The notes under the pieces are model-generated. The model did no database searches. It saw only the letters and a program-made list of their open reading frames with translations, and was not told where the DNA came from. A stretch of 64,000 nucleotides of DNA from NCBI GenBank assembly GCA_021791655.1, contig JAJYWD010000001.1, positions 32,655-96,654 of the forward strand, written 5' to 3'. Below are positions 19,209 to 28,132 of the stretch, one piece after another. Every line of letters starts with the position of its first letter. Position 1 is the first letter of the stretch. The stretch comes from Nanobdellota archaeon. GTDB lineage: Archaea; Nanobdellota; Nanobdellia; Parvarchaeales; Parvarchaeaceae. The position numbers were made by a program, and so were the translations under genes.

Positions 19209-20969
19209 ATGCTACAGCTTATCCTAATCCTCATTCCAATGTTGGCCTCGCTTGTGCTAGTAGCTTTGATAGACGATAAGACGATAAGGAGCGGTTACAT
19301 AGCCGTGGCGGGGGCTTTAGCGTCGTTAATCTTCTCGCTTTATTACTTTTCCGTTTTAGGGGGCGGTACCGCGGTTGCCGTTTACAGCTGGTTCTATATA
19401 GGAAGTTTCAATTTCCAGGTCTCTACCCTTTCAAGCTACGTAAGTGTGTTTGCAACTATCATAGTGTCATTCATTTCACTGATGGTAATAATTTTCTCTC
19501 TCTTCTACATGAAGAAAGAGCCGCAGAAAAGGTATTACGCAGAAATGTCACTCTTCGTGTTTTCGATGCTGGGGCTGGTTATCTCGGACAGCCTGCTTCT
19601 TCTTTACGTTTTCTGGGAACTGGTGGGTATTTCGTCGTTTTTGCTTATAGGTTTTTATTATGAGAGGGAGAAGGCTGCGGCTGCTGCGAACAAGGCACTT
19701 ATAATGACGAGAATTGGTGACATGGCTCTGTTCGCTGCGATAGTAATCCTGTTCGTTAATTACGGCACGTTGTCCCTTACATTCATACTCTCGAACCTGC
19801 AGCTTCTATCGAGCGGCATGCTTTTGCTCGTGGCGTCACTGGTTACTATAGCGGCTATATCAAAATCTGCACAATTTCCCTTTTACCCCTGGCTACCGGA
19901 TGCGATGGAGGGTCCAACTACCGTTAGTGCGTTGCTTCATTCTGCCACTATGGTGGCCGCCGGTGCCTATATCCTTATTCTACTCTCTCCACTTCTATCG
20001 TCGGCCGGCATGGGGACCGTGATTTCAGTCATCGCGATCATAACCGCGTTCATAGGTGCGTTCCTAGCTTTACACGTTGTGGACATGAAGAGGATACTTG
20101 CATACTCAACAATAGAAAGCTTGTCTTTCATGTTCCTCGCTATAGGCTCTCTTAATGCGGGCGGCGCTCTTTATTATCTTATAACCCACGCGATTTTCAA
20201 GTCGTTGCTTTTCCTAATAACGGGTGCACTCATGGTATTTTTCGGCACTCAAGACATTCGTAAGTTGGGGACAAAAGGGCTGCAGAATAGCTGGCTGTTC
20301 CTACCCTTCCTCGCAGGTATACTGTCACTGGCAGGATTTCCCCCCTTTATGGGATTCTTCGCACACCTGACGCTCTCTCACGCCTTTGGTGTATATGGAC
20401 AAGCGCTGTTTGTCGTCCTGTCCTTCCTTACATCGCTTTTCGCCTTTCGTCTGCTTTTCACCGTTTTCAGAAGTGGCGCGCTACCCTCCAAAAAGATGTA
20501 TTACACGCTGAGTTCAGCCTTGCCGATATTTTTACTCGCTGCTATCACACTATTTGGCGGCATATCTCTGTTTTACATGTACGGTCTTATAAACGCCAGT
20601 TACTCGCTCGATGTCTCCACACTTATAGATTTGATTGCTAGTTTCGTGGGCGTACTGTCGGCATTTTGGCTGTTTGGCAGCGTAAATAGGAATTATTGGG
20701 TATCGCGACTGAGTTCGTTCGCCGATAGCCTAAGTTCGTTCAGTTACAATGTTATTTTGCAGTTGATAGGCGCGTCTGTAGTCTATCTTGGCCGTTCGTT
20801 CGCCGATTTTGACGATGCCCTAACGTCCTTTTACGAGAGCGTGGCAAAGTACTCTCTGATTCTGTCGTTCAAATCTAGGAGGATCGAAGACGGTGATGTC
20901 CAGACGTACATAAGTGTTATGCTCATCGGTCTGATAATAGTGCTGGCCGTTGCCGTGGTGTTCTTATGA
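19209..20969 (+). CDS. nuoL: NADH-quinone oxidoreductase subunit L (antiporter-like)
   Basis: 586 aa. Contains the Mrp-antiporter-like core WLPDAMEGPTTVSALLHSATMV. Confidence 0.85.
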   Translation: MLQLILILIPMLASLVLVALIDDKTIRSGYIAVAGALASLIFSLYYFSVLGGGTAVAVYSWFYIGSFNFQVSTLSSYVSVFATIIVSFISLMVIIFSLFYMKKEPQKRYYAEMSLFVFSMLGLVISDSLLLLYVFWELVGISSFLLIGFYYEREKAAAAANKALIMTRIGDMALFAAIVILFVNYGTLSLTFILSNLQLLSSGMLLLVASLVTIAAISKSAQFPFYPWLPDAMEGPTTVSALLHSATMVAAGAYILILLSPLLSSAGMGTVISVIAIITAFIGAFLALHVVDMKRILAYSTIESLSFMFLAIGSLNAGGALYYLITHAIFKSLLFLITGALMVFFGTQDIRKLGTKGLQNSWLFLPFLAGILSLAGFPPFMGFFAHLTLSHAFGVYGQALFVVLSFLTSLFAFRLLFTVFRSGALPSKKMYYTLSSALPIFLLAAITLFGGISLFYMYGLINASYSLDVSTLIDLIASFVGVLSAFWLFGSVNRNYWVSRLSSFADSLSSFSYNVILQLIGASVVYLGRSFADFDDALTSFYESVAKYSLILSFKSRRIEDGDVQTYISVMLIGLIIVLAVAVVFL

Positions 20970-22372
20970 TATCCCTTTTATACCTCCTGATTGTACCCTT
21001 GCTCGGTCTTATCGCGCTTCTGGTAAACAGAAGGGAAAAGCGCATCTCGGACATGTTTCTCCTTCTTTTGGTATTCATTGTCGATTCCGCGCTATTTTTT
21101 GTGGGCATTATCGTAGGGTTCTCAACATTTAACCTGATGCTAGTCCCAAGCATAGATTTCGCCTTTTCATTGGGAATAACCGGCATAAGCCTGCCATTTT
21201 TGCTGCTCGCAGTTGCGCTCCCCGCTCTTGGTCTTGTCTCGCTTTACGATGAGATAAAAGACGACAGAAACCTGTTTTCTATAGTTTATTTGATTTCCTA
21301 TCTCTCTCTCATAGGCGTATTCGTGTCCACGAATCTGCTGTCTTTCTTTATATTCTGGGAGTTCATACTCGTTGCGTTTTTCTTCGTTATAGCTTTCTGG
21401 GGCGAAGAGGAGAGGAGACGGATAGCAAGTATGAAATTCCTTATTTTCACCCAGTTTGGTAGCCTTACCCTGCTAGCGGCTTTTATATTGTTATTCATAT
21501 ATACCGGCTCTTTCAACCTAATCACGATACAGAGTGCGAGCAGCTCATTGCCGGCGTTCATCGCGCAGGTTTGTTTCTTTCTGGTCTTGGTAACTGCACT
21601 CATAAAAATGCCCATATTCCCATTTCACAGCTGGCTGCCGGATGCGCATGTTACGGCACCCACGGCAGGGAGCATACTGCTTGCGGGCGTGCTTCTTAAG
21701 ATGGGTGGTTATGCCCTCATACAATTTGGTGTGCTGTTGTTTCCTTCGGTGGTTAGGTCGTTCCAAGTCCCATTGCTGATTCTCGGGATATTCACCACTA
21801 TTTATATAACGCTTGTAGCATCAGCACAGAAAGATTTGAAGAAAATAATCGCGTATTCGAGCATATTTTATATGTCCCTGGCGTTTATAGGGGCAGTATC
21901 ACTGTCTAATCTTGGGCTGGACGGCGCAATCTTTCTTATGGTCAGTCACGGTTTTATAGCAGGCATGCTATTTGCCCTCGCGGGGATATTGAAAGAAAAG
22001 ACCGGCACTAGGCTCATAAACGAACTGGGAGGGCTTGCCAAAAACCTACCAATGTTCGCTTTCTTTATAATGTTCTCTGTTATAGCAACGCTCGGTGTGC
22101 CTGGCCTCAGCAATTTCATCGGAGAGTTGGTGGTGTTTTTCGGCTCTTATCAGGTTTACCCCTTCGTGCTTCTTGCTCTGATAGGCGCACTAGTGGCTAC
22201 TTTCTATTACACAAACGCTGCGAAGCTGATGCTATTCTCGGCGCAGAATAAGAAGTTTTCCGGTGTGACAGACATATCTACGTTAGAAATGTTGCAGCTG
22301 GGTCTGTTCTCGGTTTTCATACTCGTGCTTGGCATTTTGCCCGGCATACTGTTCGGGGGAATAACTTTATGA
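20966..22372 (+). CDS. nuoM: NADH-quinone oxidoreductase subunit M
   Basis: 468 aa with WLPDAHVTAPTAGSILLAGVLLK. Overlaps nuoL by 4 nt. Confidence 0.85.
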   Translation: MISLLYLLIVPLLGLIALLVNRREKRISDMFLLLLVFIVDSALFFVGIIVGFSTFNLMLVPSIDFAFSLGITGISLPFLLLAVALPALGLVSLYDEIKDDRNLFSIVYLISYLSLIGVFVSTNLLSFFIFWEFILVAFFFVIAFWGEEERRRIASMKFLIFTQFGSLTLLAAFILLFIYTGSFNLITIQSASSSLPAFIAQVCFFLVLVTALIKMPIFPFHSWLPDAHVTAPTAGSILLAGVLLKMGGYALIQFGVLLFPSVVRSFQVPLLILGIFTTIYITLVASAQKDLKKIIAYSSIFYMSLAFIGAVSLSNLGLDGAIFLMVSHGFIAGMLFALAGILKEKTGTRLINELGGLAKNLPMFAFFIMFSVIATLGVPGLSNFIGELVVFFGSYQVYPFVLLALIGALVATFYYTNAAKLMLFSAQNKKFSGVTDISTLEMLQLGLFSVFILVLGILPGILFGGITL

Positions 22373-23718
22373 TAACGCCTAATCCTCAGTACGCTTTGGT
22401 GTTCGGTGCGCTGCTATTGATAGTCCTAGACGCCATACGGCTAAACAGGAATTCCAGTATCACACGCACCCTGCATTATTTCGTATTAGGAGTGCTCGTG
22501 CTGGCCCTTGTTTTGGAAATCGCATTCGGTAATCTCTATGTCTCTTACTTCCAGTCTACACAGTATTCATACTTCGTGAACGGGTTCATACTATTCATAG
22601 CTACGCTCATATACGCGTTTATGCTTTTTGATAACCGGGAGCACAGTGTTTCAATTGATATTGTGTTCATAATAAGCGTTCTCGGCGCGACACTCACGGT
22701 ACTTGCAAGCAATTTTATGTCTCTCTTGATTTCCGTGGAGATGCTATCGGTTTCGGCTTATGCCATGGTTTTCTTCGAAAAGAATAAGGCTAGACTTGAG
22801 GGGGCAATGAAATATATTGTCACCAGTGTACTCGCATTTATTCTGCTTATTTTCGGTATTTCACTGATATATGTCAGTTCGGGTTCTCTTTCTTTTTCTA
22901 GTACCGCAAGCGCCCCCCTAATCCCTACGCTGGCAGGTATAGCGCTGGTAGTGGCCGGGCTGGCATTCAAAGGTACTTTGGTCCCATTTCATATGTGGGC
23001 ACCCGATGTATATCAAGCCTCATTTACTCCGATTACCGCCTTTCTTACGTCCGTTTCGAAAGCAGCGGTACTAATTGCAATGATACGCGTTTTCTTCGTC
23101 GGCCTGAACTTTGCGGCACCGTTCATGACTGTAATGTTTATGATTCTTGCTGTTGCTACAATCTTTTTGGCTAGTTTTCTTGCTATGGTGCAGGAGAACA
23201 TAAAGAGGCTTTTAGTTTACTCCAGCATAGCGCAGGCTGGATTTGCATTTATAGGAATCGCGTTGCTGAATTCAATAGGAGTAGCAGCCGCCGTTTTCTA
23301 CGTATTCTCTTTTGCCATAGCGGATGCGCTGGTTTTCCTAGCGTACAGCGTGTTTGAAGACAGCGGAATAATGGACAGAAAAGACGCCCACAAGATGTCT
23401 GGCGTGTCAAAGCTGTCAGAAGTGAGTCTTTTTATTGGAGTGTTATCACTGGCGGGCGTGCCCCCCACCATAGGCTTCTTCGGAAAACTGCTTATATTCG
23501 CTTCCCTACTGACTTACGGCTACTTGTATATCGTGTTGTTGATCTTCTTTATAATCCTTTTCTCCACGTTTTTCTATCTCGGTCTTTTGAGGGATATGAA
23601 ACTGTTTTCTCCGTACGATAAGAGAACCGTAGCACCCAGAGTCGGTAGTCTCCGGATAAAGGAAATTATAATAATGATACTACTGATTGCGCTTTTCGCC
23701 GGGGTTATTTTCGCCTGA
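22369..23718 (+). CDS. nuoN: NADH-quinone oxidoreductase subunit N
   Basis: 449 aa with WAPDVYQASFTPITAFL. Overlaps nuoM by 4 nt. Confidence 0.8.
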   Translation: MITPNPQYALVFGALLLIVLDAIRLNRNSSITRTLHYFVLGVLVLALVLEIAFGNLYVSYFQSTQYSYFVNGFILFIATLIYAFMLFDNREHSVSIDIVFIISVLGATLTVLASNFMSLLISVEMLSVSAYAMVFFEKNKARLEGAMKYIVTSVLAFILLIFGISLIYVSSGSLSFSSTASAPLIPTLAGIALVVAGLAFKGTLVPFHMWAPDVYQASFTPITAFLTSVSKAAVLIAMIRVFFVGLNFAAPFMTVMFMILAVATIFLASFLAMVQENIKRLLVYSSIAQAGFAFIGIALLNSIGVAAAVFYVFSFAIADALVFLAYSVFEDSGIMDRKDAHKMSGVSKLSEVSLFIGVLSLAGVPPTIGFFGKLLIFASLLTYGYLYIVLLIFFIILFSTFFYLGLLRDMKLFSPYDKRTVAPRVGSLRIKEIIIMILLIALFAGVIFA

Positions 23719-23910
23719 TTTTGGCTGCTGTTCTACAGTCTGTCTTTTCTCTGGCTGAGCCTGCACCCCGCTCTTGCCTTCTGCTTTCAGTTTGGCTATC
23801 TTTTTCTTAAGGCGCTTGTATTTTCCCGCATCAGCTGGCTGTAACCCCTGTGTTTTCTTTATGTTCATTTTCAGGAGTTCCATTTCCAGGTCCTTCAGAT
23901 TTTCTTCCAT
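23680..23910 (-). CDS. Possible divergent ribosomal protein uL29 (Lys-rich)
   Basis: 76 aa. LKDLEMELLKMNIKKTQGLQPADAGKYKRLKKKIAKLK can be aligned to the L29 pattern EELxxxLxELRxELFxLRxQ..G.LENPxRIRxVRRxIARI. It sits in the expected position after uS3, but overlaps the uS3 3' end by 38-80 nt depending on start. Confidence 0.4.
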   Translation of the reverse strand: MEENLKDLEMELLKMNIKKTQGLQPADAGKYKRLKKKIAKLKAEGKSGVQAQPEKRQTVEQQPKSGENNPGEKRNQ

Positions 23911-24499
23911 CCATTTGCACCTCTCCAGGCATTTGTGCCTTTACGACTATTGTGACCTTTATTCCTATCATTCCCCTCTTTAGTAGTAATTGTTTCTTCG
24001 TCGTCCTGACACCGTACTGTTCGGGTTGGCCAGACTTTGGTAGGACGCTCCCTGGCGGTTTAAATTTGAAGTGTGCCGCCCTTTCTTTTATTACACCACC
24101 TATTTCTATTTCTGCACCGCGCGCTCCCGCTCTCATTATATCTTCCAGGGCGCCGTGCGCTATGGTCTTGTACCGCATCGGTCCGTATTTCGAAATTTTG
24201 AACGCTATAGAATCGGCTATAACCTCTGGGTTCAACATTGGGTCGTCCGTTGCTTCTACGTCTATGTGCGGCGGCTCTTGTTTAAAGTATTCACCGAGTT
24301 CCTTAGAAGCCTCTTTTATGAGTTGAGATGCGCGCGTTACGAGGAAACCTGGTTTTGATGTCCTTAGGATAACCTTCATTCCTAACGGCGTCTTCTCTAT
24401 CTTTACCTCGCTTACGCCGAAGTTGCTGAATTTTTTCAGCAGTTTTTCTTTGGCTATCTGTTCACTTATTCTGGTTGCTATTATTTTCCTTGCTAACAT
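23831..24499 (-). CDS. rps3: 30S ribosomal protein uS3
   Basis: 222 aa with an archaeal S3 KH domain plus C-terminal domain (…GVRTTKKQLLLKRGMIGIKVTIV…). Confidence 0.9.
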   Translation of the reverse strand: MLARKIIATRISEQIAKEKLLKKFSNFGVSEVKIEKTPLGMKVILRTSKPGFLVTRASQLIKEASKELGEYFKQEPPHIDVEATDDPMLNPEVIADSIAFKISKYGPMRYKTIAHGALEDIMRAGARGAEIEIGGVIKERAAHFKFKPPGSVLPKSGQPEQYGVRTTKKQLLLKRGMIGIKVTIVVKAQMPGEVQMDGRKSEGPGNGTPENEHKENTGVTAS

Positions 24500-24992
24500 C
24501 CTTTACCTCTTTTTCTGTTTTCTGAACTTCCGCCTGCGCAGCAGTCGCTTCCACCGGTTTTACCGGAGTTTCCTCTTTTTTCTCCTTTGTTTCCTTCTTC
24601 TTCTCAACCTTCGTATAAATAACTATGTTGGTCTTTTTCCCGCGTTTTGAAATTCTTCCGCTGGCATATCTTGGGTAGCCCCCACGCCCTAGATCGTATC
24701 TGCTTATACTCAGCTTTTCAGAAACTCCGCTGAAATTCTCCGCATTACTCTTAAGCTCGTTTAGCATCTTTATTATGCTGAGTGAGGCCTTTTTTGGGTA
24801 ACCGACCGGAACCCCCGCTTTGTGACCGCCACTGGGATATCTTTTGAAAGGAATAGGTGTCGAGCCGCTGCTGACATCCTTTAGTAAAGACACCGCCTTA
24901 TCTATCTCCATCCCTCTTATCCTGACGAGTATTTCATGCACCTGTTTTGTTGATATCGCGAGCCTGTCTCTTCTAACTGAAATTTCTGCCAT
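24462..24992 (-). CDS. rpl22: 50S ribosomal protein uL22
   Basis: 176 aa, archaeal L22 (L17e-like), with a Lys/Glu-rich C-terminal tail. Confidence 0.85.
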   Translation of the reverse strand: MAEISVRRDRLAISTKQVHEILVRIRGMEIDKAVSLLKDVSSGSTPIPFKRYPSGGHKAGVPVGYPKKASLSIIKMLNELKSNAENFSGVSEKLSISRYDLGRGGYPRYASGRISKRGKKTNIVIYTKVEKKKETKEKKEETPVKPVEATAAQAEVQKTEKEVKDVSKENNSNQNK

Positions 24993-24994
24993 AT

Positions 24995-25372
24995 TTACTT
25001 GATAGGAACGAACTCACTAGAACGTGTTGCTCTCATTCCAGGGGTGCCGTGCCTAACCTGTTTCGTTGTCAGAATGAACTCCCCAAGACGATGGAAAACC
25101 ATCTCTGGCTTTACTTCTAATGATATGAATTCCTTTCCATTGTAAACTTTTACCGTTTTGCCCACAAATTCCGGCATTATAAACATTTCTCTGCTGTGTG
25201 TCTTCGCTTCTTTGGGATTTTTGCGCAGTTTTGCAATTAGTTTCTTTTCCTCTGGCGAGAACCCTCTTCTGAGTACGCGCCTTAGGTCAGCATTTACAAT
25301 CTTCTTCAAGTCCTCATCGTTCAGCTTCTTAAGTTCTTCGACCGTCTTCCCTCTGTAATAGAATTCTGCCAT
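24995..25372 (-). CDS. rps19: 30S ribosomal protein uS19
   Basis: 125 aa. …VKVYNGKEFISLEVKPEMVFHRLGEFILTTKQVRHGTPG… matches archaeal S19. Confidence 0.9.
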   Translation of the reverse strand: MAEFYYRGKTVEELKKLNDEDLKKIVNADLRRVLRRGFSPEEKKLIAKLRKNPKEAKTHSREMFIMPEFVGKTVKVYNGKEFISLEVKPEMVFHRLGEFILTTKQVRHGTPGMRATRSSEFVPIK

Positions 25373-25374
25373 AC

Positions 25375-26076
25375 TTATCGTATTCCAGTCCTCTTAGGGG
25401 CTATTGTTCCCACCTTGGCACCGGGTGATGCGTGTCTTGACACGCTTTTGGACTTGTGCTGTGTACTCCTTCTTTTCCCTCCGAATTTATGTTCGTAAGC
25501 ATTCATCGCGACCGCTGCGTTCATGGGCCAGTACCTCCCACGAGCACGTATCATGTGGTAAACGTTACCGGCCTTGTAGAACGGTTTTTCGACCCTCCCT
25601 CCGTTGGCAACTCGGCCCACTATGGCTCTGCAATTCGGGTCCAATGATATAATGTGAGTACTTGGCAGTGCTACGGTTACTCTGTCAGCGTTAACTTCCA
25701 TGATTTTCGCGCTACCGCCACCGCTCCTCACCATCTTACCTCCGTCATTCGGCCTGAGTTCTATGTTGTATACATTAGTTCCTGGCGGCATATCCTTAAG
25801 CCTTAATATTGACCCGTCTTTGACCGAGTCGCTTTTCATGTAAGTTATTAATTGGCCTTCGTATGCACCAGTGAAGGAGGGGAGGAACGCCTTTTCTCCG
25901 TTTTCGAATTTTAGTTCCATTAACGGCACCGTCCTGTACAAATCGTGTAAAAAGCCCACTATCTTTGCATTCATGGAGTCTTCCGAGTTTATTAATCTCG
26001 CTTTAGCCACGGCTCTGAAACTGTTTACTCTAAAAATCCTGCTTTTGCCGCGTCTTCTCGATCTTGGTACTTTCAT
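25375..26076 (-). CDS. rpl2: 50S ribosomal protein uL2 (divergent)
   Basis: 233 aa with an archaeal L2 fold. The near-universal HPHGGG motif reads EHKFGGK here. Confidence 0.85.
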   Translation of the reverse strand: MKVPRSRRRGKSRIFRVNSFRAVAKARLINSEDSMNAKIVGFLHDLYRTVPLMELKFENGEKAFLPSFTGAYEGQLITYMKSDSVKDGSILRLKDMPPGTNVYNIELRPNDGGKMVRSGGGSAKIMEVNADRVTVALPSTHIISLDPNCRAIVGRVANGGRVEKPFYKAGNVYHMIRARGRYWPMNAAVAMNAYEHKFGGKRRSTQHKSKSVSRHASPGAKVGTIAPKRTGIR

Positions 26077-26100
26077 AACTCTTTTTTATACAATTGCTCA

Positions 26101-26112
26101 TATTTAAATAAA
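26101..26112 (-). promoter_or_regulatory. Putative TATA box for the uL2-uS19-uL22-uS3 operon
   Basis: TTTATTTAAATA on the minus strand, 25-36 nt upstream of the uL2 ATG at 26076. Confidence 0.3.
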
Positions 26113-26170
26113 CTTACAAGTGTGCATCTGCCCAAATTTAAAATATTCGAACGGTGCAAAGCGTTTCATT

Positions 26171-26184
26171 AAAACTATTTATAG
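26171..26184 (+). promoter_or_regulatory. Putative BRE/TATA for the M16 peptidase gene
   Basis: AAAACTATTTATAG, about 30 nt upstream of the ATG at 26211. Confidence 0.3.
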
Positions 26185-26210
26185 CTGTGCACTTCTAAAC
26201 TAAAGTTAGT

Positions 26211-27455
26211 ATGCACTCAAAAATGGTAAAATTAGACAACGGGCTCCCGGTGATGTACAAAAAATATCCCATAGATTCATTCAGCATGGTTTTTGTTGTA
26301 AACTACGGTTCCCTTTACGAGAGTAAAAAGGAGAACGGGATAGCCCACTTTCTAGAGCACCTGTTGACAAAACAAACTAAGAATATACCCAGCGAAAAGC
26401 TAAAGAACCGGCTGTTTGATAATGCTATCTTTTGGAATGCAATGACTGGATATGAGCAGATTCAATTCCTTTTTAAGGCACACAAGTCCAAATTCGATAC
26501 GATAGCGAGCACATTGTCTGATATCCTGATAAACCCGAATATCGATGAAAAGGCGGTACGGCTCGAACGTGGGCCGGTTATCACTGAAATGAGGGGGGGA
26601 GACGACAAGTCTCCAGATGCCGTGGCCAGCAGCAAAATAACAAGGGCTGTTTTGGGCGAGCATCCAGCAACCTTTACTGTAGCTGACAGCATGCGTGCAC
26701 TTAGAAATTACATAAACGTCAGCAAGGTTAAAGATACGTACAGTAAGTATTTTACGCCGGACAATTCCGTTCTTTCTGTTACGGGCGGGATAGAGCTTGA
26801 AAAAATGCTACCGGTTGTTAATGATCTGTTTGGTTCCTGGAGTGGGAAGTTTTCTGGCAAGACACTTTCGCCGGCCGAATATCTCCCCCCGTCTAGACGC
26901 ACTTTCAGACTTCGTGGCGTGGATGAAAGTATGGTCGTCCTTGGGAAAGGACTTCCACCGGCGTCCAAGCAGAATTATGACGACGTAAATTGCCTTACTA
27001 TCGCTAATTCCCTGTTGGTCAAGAGCCTGATGCTAGAGCTCAGAGAAAAGACTGGTATAACTTATACCCCCAGCTCTGACAATTCGCACATGACGTCGTT
27101 CGGCATCAATGAGACCAGTGTTTCCGCTTTCAGCCCCAAGTACCTTAACCTAATAGAAAATACAATTTTAACGGAAATTGACAAACTTTATAAGGGTGAG
27201 ATTTCCCATGAAGCCGTTGAAAAAGTAAAGGAAAACACAGTGCTCTCGGGTTTGGTATCCCTCGGAGAAGAGAGTTTCGAGATCGCTGAAGAACTTGGTA
27301 TGGCATATGCAGTGCTTAAGGATCCCACTTATCCCGAGGCTTTGCCGCATCTATTCGAAAGCATAACCATGGATGATATGAGACGAGTCTGTAGTAACCA
27401 TTTAAACCCGGACGATTTTTCGGTCGTGGTGCTTAAGCCGTACAAAAAATGTTAG
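26211..27455 (+). CDS. M16-family zinc peptidase (inverzincin, HxxEH)
   Basis: 414 aa. HFLEHLLTK is the HxxEH zinc motif. Two-lobed M16 architecture. Confidence 0.75.
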   Translation: MHSKMVKLDNGLPVMYKKYPIDSFSMVFVVNYGSLYESKKENGIAHFLEHLLTKQTKNIPSEKLKNRLFDNAIFWNAMTGYEQIQFLFKAHKSKFDTIASTLSDILINPNIDEKAVRLERGPVITEMRGGDDKSPDAVASSKITRAVLGEHPATFTVADSMRALRNYINVSKVKDTYSKYFTPDNSVLSVTGGIELEKMLPVVNDLFGSWSGKFSGKTLSPAEYLPPSRRTFRLRGVDESMVVLGKGLPPASKQNYDDVNCLTIANSLLVKSLMLELREKTGITYTPSSDNSHMTSFGINETSVSAFSPKYLNLIENTILTEIDKLYKGEISHEAVEKVKENTVLSGLVSLGEESFEIAEELGMAYAVLKDPTYPEALPHLFESITMDDMRRVCSNHLNPDDFSVVVLKPYKKC

Positions 27456-28132
27456 GCAATCATTCTAAGTTGAAGTTAGTATTCGGTGAGCCCGTAGCAT
27501 TTTCCAGCGACTACGCCATAATCGGAGATTTGCATCTGGGATTTGAGGAAGAAATGATAAAAGAGGGATTCAACGTGTACAATCAAAATAATAATATACT
27601 GAAAAAGATACGGCAGATCAAGAAAGAAAAGCTTATCCTCCTAGGAGACCTCCGAGCGGAACACGGCGAAATCGGTGTGAGGGAGGCGGGTTTTCTTCTG
27701 CACGCCGTATCGCAGATTTCTAGCGCGTTTTCTCACGTCGTCATAACAAAGGGCAATCACGATGGAGGTCTTGAAAAGATAACCGGTAGGTTCAAAAACG
27801 TCTCCTTGGTAAAGGAATTCATAGACGGGGGTATCGGATTCCTGCACGGTCACGCTCTCCCGTCTAAGGCACTGGTAGAGACGTGCGATACGATGTGCAT
27901 AAGCCACTTGCATCCAATGGTCAAAGTTTACGATGCAAATAATGTGATGTACAAGAAAGACTGCTGGATGCTATTTGACTTTAAACCGTCAAAGAAATCG
28001 GAATCTATCCGGGGAATCGTTGTTCCTAAGTTCAATCCTTACATAGGAGGCACGGATAATATAAAGAACGCCGGGATAATGTCAAGAGCCAGCAATATAA
28101 TGAGGCTCACAGAAGATTTTGTGATGGTCTAG
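27449..28132 (+). CDS. Calcineurin-like metallophosphoesterase
   Basis: 227 aa with motifs GDLHLG, GDL, GNHD and GH. Confidence 0.7.
   Translation: MLGNHSKLKLVFGEPVAFSSDYAIIGDLHLGFEEEMIKEGFNVYNQNNNILKKIRQIKKEKLILLGDLRAEHGEIGVREAGFLLHAVSQISSAFSHVVITKGNHDGGLEKITGRFKNVSLVKEFIDGGIGFLHGHALPSKALVETCDTMCISHLHPMVKVYDANNVMYKKDCWMLFDFKPSKKSESIRGIVVPKFNPYIGGTDNIKNAGIMSRASNIMRLTEDFVMV

Noticed and set aside
21298-21766. Two minus-strand ORFs (105 and 73 aa) inside nuoM
   Set aside because: They are antisense to a conserved membrane subunit gene. Their basic, low-complexity translations are typical of antisense reading of hydrophobic codons.
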